64,000 nucleotides of DNA, taken from Ignavibacteria bacterium. GTDB lineage: Bacteria > Bacteroidota > Ignavibacteria > Kapaibacteriales > Kapaibacteriaceae. Position 1 is the stretch's first letter. Each line of letters starts with the position of its first letter. The translations under genes and the position numbers were made by a program. The stretch lies in assembly GCA_013204605.1 (NCBI GenBank), contig JABMNI010000041.1, positions 170-64,169 on the forward strand. The letters run 5' to 3'. This document shows, in pieces, positions 58,583 to 64,000 of the stretch. The notes beneath the pieces are model-generated. The model did no database searches, was not told the origin of the DNA, and worked only from the letters and a program-made list of their open reading frames with translations.

Positions 58583-59652
58583 CATCCGAATTAAATTCAG
58601 AGTCGACGGGAACGCCCGAAACACAAGGCACAGAAGAAAAGTCAAAAAGGAAGAGTGCATCAGTTGAGCCTGATAAGAAAAGTGCATCTGTAATATCTGA
58701 TAAGAAAAGTGCAATTGGAATGAGTGAATCGAACGAGGCGGTTAGCGCGTCTGGCATGGCGGTGTTCAAATGTGGTCAGGTGGCAATTGTTGGACGCCCT
58801 AACGTTGGCAAATCCACGCTGATGAATACCATTCTCGGTGCTCACTTAAGCATTGTTACGCCAAAGCCGCAGACCACGCGCAAGCGCGTGTTGGGAATTC
58901 ATTCGGCGAATGACACGCAGATGATTTTTATTGATACACCAGGAATTTTGAAACCGCGGTATAGAATGCAGCGGACCATGATGGAATATGTTCATCAAAC
59001 GCTTCAGGAATCCGACGTGGTGTGTGTGATTATCGATGCGGTGCGAGGTTTGGAAAATAAAAGTTTCATCGATCCAATGATCGACGAAGTGTTGGTTGGA
59101 GTAACAACGCCAATAATCTTGGTGATCAATAAAATGGACGCTATAAGTGTGCCCAGCTTGATCCCGCCGCTCATCGAAGAAATGCGCGTTCGAGGTGCCT
59201 TTGCGAAGGCCGTGGCTGTGAGTGCACTTGAGAATAAAGAAGTAGACGCACTGCTTGAAATTCTTTCTGGCTACATGCCGGAAAGCCCCTTTCTATATGA
59301 TGCTGACCAATTGAGTTCCCTGCCTGAGAGATTTTTTGTTGCTGAACTTGTGCGCGAAGTAATTTTCGAACGCTTTAAAGATGAAATCCCCTACTCCACC
59401 GATGTAACGGTAATTGAGTTTAAAGAACGCGAACGAGGCAAGTGGCTAATTGCGGCCGATATCTACGTGGAGCGTGACACGCAGAAGGCCATCATAATTG
59501 GCAGTGGAGCTAGCGCGTTGAAGGATGTTGGAATGGCCGCACGGCAGCGCATAGAAGCACACCTTGGTGCACAAGTATACCTTGAGCTGTTCGTTAAGGT
59601 GCGAGCCGACTGGCGGAACGATCCTGCGCAGCTGATGAACCTCGGCTATTAA
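58579..59652 (+). CDS. era: GTPase Era
   Basis: GRPNVGKST, PQTTR, DTPG, NKMD, EIPYS, KH-domain IIIG; low-complexity N-terminal extension. Confidence 0.96.
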   Translation: MTSELNSESTGTPETQGTEEKSKRKSASVEPDKKSASVISDKKSAIGMSESNEAVSASGMAVFKCGQVAIVGRPNVGKSTLMNTILGAHLSIVTPKPQTTRKRVLGIHSANDTQMIFIDTPGILKPRYRMQRTMMEYVHQTLQESDVVCVIIDAVRGLENKSFIDPMIDEVLVGVTTPIILVINKMDAISVPSLIPPLIEEMRVRGAFAKAVAVSALENKEVDALLEILSGYMPESPFLYDADQLSSLPERFFVAELVREVIFERFKDEIPYSTDVTVIEFKERERGKWLIAADIYVERDTQKAIIIGSGASALKDVGMAARQRIEAHLGAQVYLELFVKVRADWRNDPAQLMNLGY

Positions 59653-59714
59653 GAGAATGTGCAAATGTGTAAATGTGAGAATGCCAATTGGATTATGTGA
59701 AAATCTGGAAATGC

Positions 59715-59808
59715 GATGCGTTCCTATCTTCGAGTAGGATGCGTTCCTATCTTCGAGTAGGAGCGACGCATGCGTCGCCCGCGTATTGAACGCCCCATGC
59801 GTCGCCCT
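59715..59808 (+). repeat. REP-like palindrome with duplicated flank
   Basis: GATGCGTTCCTATCTTCGAGTAG twice, then GAGCGACGCATGCGTCGCCC at 59761-59780 and a half-site near 59796. Confidence 0.8.
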
Positions 59809-59937
59809 TCCTCCCCGCATCCTCGCGTATCGAACCTGTCGCCGGTGAGACCAGATACCGGCTGTTTCGCCCCCAATTCGTAATTCGTAATTCCTAATTG
59901 ATCATTGGCTGGCTTAGAAACCTTATTTTCGTAGTCT

Positions 59938-60726
59938 ATGCCTTTTAAACTCATGCCGATGTCCCGTTTTGTGCTGCTTCGTTTAGTAGTGCTTCGTATT
60001 GCGCCGCTGTTTGCCGTTGCTTTTCTTGTTGCGTGTGGCACTTCGGAGAAAAGTCAGCAACAGCAAACCGTCGAGGAAGTATACACGTCGGCTATGGCCA
60101 ACTATAACGATGGCGACTGGAACGCGGCGATTTCGCAGTTCGACATTATAAAACTGCAGTACCCGGCAAGTCAGTTTGCCGATGATGCGCAGTATATGTT
60201 GGCAGAAATTAATTTCAAACGAAGTGAATACATTATTGCCGCATTTAATTACAGTATGGTGCGCCGCTCGTATCCAACTAGCGATTTAGCAAAGCCGGCC
60301 ATGTATAAAGCGGCCCTGTGTTACAACGAAATAGCCGGTCCGCCGGATCGCGATCAAGAATACACACGCAAGGCAATCCAAGCATTTTCGGAGTTTCAGA
60401 GTGTGTATCCGGTAGATAGTTTGGCATTGGAATGCGTGGTTCATATCCACGAATTGCGCTCGCGTCTCGCGGAACGCTACATGATTGTAGCCGAGCATTA
60501 CGTTACAACACGTTCGTTGAAGTCGGCACTCATCTATTACGACGCTGTAATGGATGAATACCCTGATTCGAAGTGGTACGAAATGGCCGTGGTAGAAAAA
60601 GTTCGAACGCAGTTAGCAATGAAAAAAATTGAGGAAGCTCGCGCGACTGTGACGGTGTACAGAAGAACAGTGAAGGACCCAAAACTTGCATCTCAAATGG
60701 ATGCACTCGAGAAAGAAATACCATGA
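59938..60726 (+). CDS. bamD: Outer membrane protein assembly factor BamD
   Basis: Lipobox LVAC, TPRs (YPASQFADDAQY), RDQEYTRKAI, YPDS. Confidence 0.92.
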   Translation: MPFKLMPMSRFVLLRLVVLRIAPLFAVAFLVACGTSEKSQQQQTVEEVYTSAMANYNDGDWNAAISQFDIIKLQYPASQFADDAQYMLAEINFKRSEYIIAAFNYSMVRRSYPTSDLAKPAMYKAALCYNEIAGPPDRDQEYTRKAIQAFSEFQSVYPVDSLALECVVHIHELRSRLAERYMIVAEHYVTTRSLKSALIYYDAVMDEYPDSKWYEMAVVEKVRTQLAMKKIEEARATVTVYRRTVKDPKLASQMDALEKEIP

Positions 60727-61205
60727 TGAAGCCCCCTGCAGAATCGACTGTTATAATGACGGAGTTAGTGCTGCCGAATGATACAAATCAGTTGGGCAAC
60801 TTATTGGGAGGACGCTTGATGCACTGGATTGACATTGCGGCGGCTCTAAGTGCGCAGCGGCACGCCAGCAAGGTTTGTGTTACGGCATCGGTAGATGAAA
60901 TTAGTTTCAACGAACCAATCAGACTGGGTCATGTAGTTCACATTAGGTCTGTGGTAACCCGCTCATTTCGCACATCGATGGAGGTGTTGGTGGAAGTTGA
61001 ACGTGAGGATCCATTGCACGGATCACGCGCCCACACTTCAACCGCCTACTTGACCTTTGTGGCAATCGATCAGTACGGCCGACCGCTTCCGGCAAATGGA
61101 GTGGACCCTCAAACCGAAGATGAAAAAAGACGCTTTGAAGAAGCTTCCATTCGTCGAGAAGCACGATTGCGTGAACGCGAAGCAATTTCTGAGCGGAGGA
61201 AATGA
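60723..61205 (+). CDS. Acyl-CoA thioesterase (hotdog fold)
   Basis: VLPNDTN.LG.LLGG.LM.WID, VTASVD, FRTSMEV, TFVAID. Confidence 0.93.
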   Translation: MMKPPAESTVIMTELVLPNDTNQLGNLLGGRLMHWIDIAAALSAQRHASKVCVTASVDEISFNEPIRLGHVVHIRSVVTRSFRTSMEVLVEVEREDPLHGSRAHTSTAYLTFVAIDQYGRPLPANGVDPQTEDEKRRFEEASIRREARLREREAISERRK

Positions 61206-61209
61206 ATTC

Positions 61210-62523
61210 TTGAAAGGGGCTAAACCAGGATTCATTTTTTCAATGTTGTGTGTGTGTGTAGTTTTCATTGTTACACCTCAGATTTCAAGTAGCACCGACG
61301 TAGCGTTGCGCTTCATTCGGAGCTATGGTGCAAACAATGAATTGTTGCCACCCATTGTTTCTCTGGGTGGAGCCTCGGAAGATGTTCAAGGCTACGTTTC
61401 GGAGTTTGCAACAGTAGAATTTGATTTACGAAGCAACAATTATCCAAACGTATACGCGCGGTTGATTCATTGTCAGACGGATTGGACGGAGGATCAGAAC
61501 GCGTTTCTTTCCGATGTAACTAATCGCACAACCCTTGTGGACTGGAAGCTTGCGCCATCGCGAAGCACGTATTACACACATCGCGGAAAAATTCAAATTC
61601 CAAACGTTCAAATGCAACTTCGCTTTGCCGGCAATTGGAAGGTGAGAATTTTTGATATGGATGGCGATATCGTATTAGGTGAGGCAAAGATTTTCGTTGT
61701 GAAAGAAATGGCATCTGTGAACGTAAATTTTATGACTGATTTTTACGAGCCAAAGGCAAAGGTTTCTACCATTGCACTAACGCTGGAAGCCATTGTTAGA
61801 TCGGGCCGTGGCACCACGCTAATTGATGGCTATCAACACTCAACAGTTTTTTATCGTAATCACAGATGGAACGAACCGTTCATGGTGTCATCGAAATATT
61901 CCGAAGAAGATAATCCGCCAAGTACAACAACAGGCACGGCAGGAATTCTCAATGCGGGAAAAGTTTTTCGCATTGCGAAAATTCCGGCGGAGAATGAATA
62001 TCGAGTTCTGGATTTAACCAACCTTGCAATGTATCCGTTTACGGGTCAGCCGGTGCGAATGCCGCTCTCGGATTTGCGCCGCAATGGAATGTTCATTCAG
62101 CGCGCCGATGATGGTGCCATGGTAACAAGTACCGTGAGCGGTGTGAATGATGAGTATGTTCCGATAGAATTTCTGCTTAACCCGGACCCCGGAGCCCCCT
62201 CCGAAAATGATGTTTTTGTGTCTGGCTCGTTTAATCAGTGGAAGCCAGATAGGACGTGGATGATGTATTTCGATGAGACACTTAGGTTGTATAGGCTGCG
62301 TCAGTGGGTGCGCCGCGGACGCCACAACTACATGTATGCAACGGGCCGCGTGAATGCCGACAACGGATTGGTGGATAATTTGTCGTACGAGGAAATGGAA
62401 GGAAATACGGCCAGCGCTGGTATTGGATACCTTGCTTTTGCCTATTATCGCATTCCTGAATATGGTGGTTACGACGCAATAATTGGCGTGACTGCATCTA
62501 ACATTTATTTATCGAACAGATGA
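61210..62523 (+). CDS. DUF5103-like protein (T9SS plug-family candidate)
   Basis: [42 protein letters not shown] pattern; TTG start after GGAGG. Confidence 0.65.
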   Translation: MKGAKPGFIFSMLCVCVVFIVTPQISSSTDVALRFIRSYGANNELLPPIVSLGGASEDVQGYVSEFATVEFDLRSNNYPNVYARLIHCQTDWTEDQNAFLSDVTNRTTLVDWKLAPSRSTYYTHRGKIQIPNVQMQLRFAGNWKVRIFDMDGDIVLGEAKIFVVKEMASVNVNFMTDFYEPKAKVSTIALTLEAIVRSGRGTTLIDGYQHSTVFYRNHRWNEPFMVSSKYSEEDNPPSTTTGTAGILNAGKVFRIAKIPAENEYRVLDLTNLAMYPFTGQPVRMPLSDLRRNGMFIQRADDGAMVTSTVSGVNDEYVPIEFLLNPDPGAPSENDVFVSGSFNQWKPDRTWMMYFDETLRLYRLRQWVRRGRHNYMYATGRVNADNGLVDNLSYEEMEGNTASAGIGYLAFAYYRIPEYGGYDAIIGVTASNIYLSNR

Positions 62524-63554
62524 GAGACCGAAACAATCCTGAACTAGGCACGGCGAAAAACGACGACGAAGTGGAAGCCTCGTTGCGGCCACCTACGTTT
62601 AGTGAGTTTACCGGCCAAGATAAAATTGTAGAGAACTTAAAAATATTTATTGCTGCTGCGAAGAATCGTGGCGAAGCATTAGATCACGTTTTGTTGACGG
62701 GTCCGCCGGGACTTGGCAAAACCACGCTGTCGCACATTATTGCACGCGAGCTCGACGCACGCATTACAATGACGTCGGGTCCGGTTCTTGAAAAACCAGG
62801 CGACCTAGCCGGCCTACTCACCAACCTCGAAGAAGGCGACATTTTATTCATCGACGAAATTCACAGACTGAGTCCGATAGTTGAAGAATATTTATACTCA
62901 GCGATGGAAGATTTCAGATTAGACATCATGATCGACTCCGGCCCCGCAGCCCGTTCAGTTCAGCTCACCGTTCCACGTTTCACCCTCATTGGCGCCACAA
63001 CGCGCCAGGGTTTGCTCACTGCGCCACTGCGTTCTCGCTTTGGTATCACCAACCGCCTCGACTATTACAACGCCGAAGAATTATGCGGCGTAGTCCAACG
63101 CTCGGCAAGATTGTTGGGTGCCGCTATTGAATTGCAAGGGGCTATGGAGATCGCGAGAAGATCACGTGGAACACCAAGAATTGCAAACAGATTGTTACGC
63201 CGCACTCGCGACTTTGCCGAAGTAAAAGGTGATGGCGTAATCACAAAAAAAATTGCCGACGTTTCGTTAACTGCGTTAGACGTGGATGAGTATGGATTGG
63301 ATGAAATGGACACCCGAATCTGCATGACGATAATCGAAAAATTTGGTGGTGGTCCTGTTGGTTTATCAACTATCGCTGTTGCAGTGGGTGAAGAGTCGGG
63401 CACAATTGAAGAAGTGTACGAACCATTTTTGATTCAGCAAGGTTTTATTCAGCGCACTCCACGAGGGCGCATCACAACGCCTCTTGCCTACCAACATTTT
63501 GGCATCCAACGTCCACCAGCTGCCAGCGGACTTTTTGAGCAGGAATCATTATGA
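62520..63554 (+). CDS. ruvB: Holliday junction branch migration helicase RuvB
   Basis: [44 protein letters not shown]. Confidence 0.97.
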   Translation: MRDRNNPELGTAKNDDEVEASLRPPTFSEFTGQDKIVENLKIFIAAAKNRGEALDHVLLTGPPGLGKTTLSHIIARELDARITMTSGPVLEKPGDLAGLLTNLEEGDILFIDEIHRLSPIVEEYLYSAMEDFRLDIMIDSGPAARSVQLTVPRFTLIGATTRQGLLTAPLRSRFGITNRLDYYNAEELCGVVQRSARLLGAAIELQGAMEIARRSRGTPRIANRLLRRTRDFAEVKGDGVITKKIADVSLTALDVDEYGLDEMDTRICMTIIEKFGGGPVGLSTIAVAVGEESGTIEEVYEPFLIQQGFIQRTPRGRITTPLAYQHFGIQRPPAASGLFEQESL

Positions 63555-64000
63555 GAATTACAGCCGTTAAGCGCAAGTACACCGTTGTAAAAACTTTTGT
63601 GTTCATGAATGTTTTATTCGTTTGTGCATTCGCCGTACTCAGTTCCGCCGCATGTTCCTCTGCGCAAAAAATGGAGGGCACTGAAACGCAAGACTCAAGC
63701 ACCACAAAGCCCCTTGCCGACACTGCAGATGCTGTTCAAAAAAACACTGGGACTGATGCCGCACCCAAGAAAAAAAAGTCAGAAACGACTGAGAAGGCGC
63801 ATAATATTTTAGGTAGGGCTACTCGGTTAGTGTTGAGTTGCAAAGACGTGATTAAAAACATGAGTTGGTGGAGCAGGATTGGATTTGTTCCGATGGGTGC
63901 GATGGACCGACCGGATTCTGCGATGACGTTGAGCGATGGGCAGATTGTGATAACGCTGATTAAGGATCCGCTGCCGTCGCCGATTGTTATGTTCAGCACG
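63551..64000 (+). CDS. Putative lipoprotein with possible VOC/glyoxalase-like domain, 3' partial
   Basis: ATG overlaps the ruvB stop; hydrophobic stretch ending SAAC; frame open to the edge (LSCKDV...WWSRIGF...[10 protein letters not shown]). Confidence 0.6.
   Translation, partial: MRITAVKRKYTVVKTFVFMNVLFVCAFAVLSSAACSSAQKMEGTETQDSSTTKPLADTADAVQKNTGTDAAPKKKKSETTEKAHNILGRATRLVLSCKDVIKNMSWWSRIGFVPMGAMDRPDSAMTLSDGQIVITLIKDPLPSPIVMFST

Noticed and set aside
1-64000. tRNA, rRNA, riboswitch (FMN before ribE, purine/ZTP before purH) or IS elements
   Set aside because: No cloverleaf, rRNA signature, aptamer consensus or transposase was recognised by eye; an Infernal/Rfam scan would be needed to exclude them

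Overview
A bacterial chromosomal window, inferred to come from the Bacteroidota/Chlorobi/Ignavibacteria-Kapabacteria group. The basis is many T9SS C-terminal sorting domains, signal peptides followed by Gln, TAnnTTYG promoter-like boxes and heptamer/octamer intergenic repeats. Housekeeping genes dominate: rpsA, folC, purH, ribE, pcrA, trpS, rpe, cysS, hutI, asd, murC, two SurA-type PPIases, era, bamD and ruvB. Three accessory stretches interrupt them, at about 17.7-24.6 kb, 31.9-36.6 kb and 45.9-51.2 kb. The main discovery is that three operons for secreted proteins each start with a gene carrying a (CT)7-9 microsatellite just after the start codon, and all three are currently out of frame. 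A change of one repeat unit restores a complete signal peptide, which suggests an SSR ON/OFF switch system. Two of these operons are tandem ~3.3 kb cassettes (Cys-rich secreted protein plus T9SS beta-propeller protein). Each is preceded by the same ~113 bp block, which includes a synonymously diverged copy of the last 8 codons of pcrA, pointing to cassette accretion at the pcrA 3' end. Separately, the motif AGGGG(G)CT occurs about 53 times (manual count) on both strands and in several reading frames. It is nearly absent from two of the accessory islands and behaves like an undescribed uptake or highly iterated sequence. No rRNA, tRNA, CRISPR array or intact transposase/integrase was recognised. 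All annotations come from motif recognition by eye; no database searches were run.
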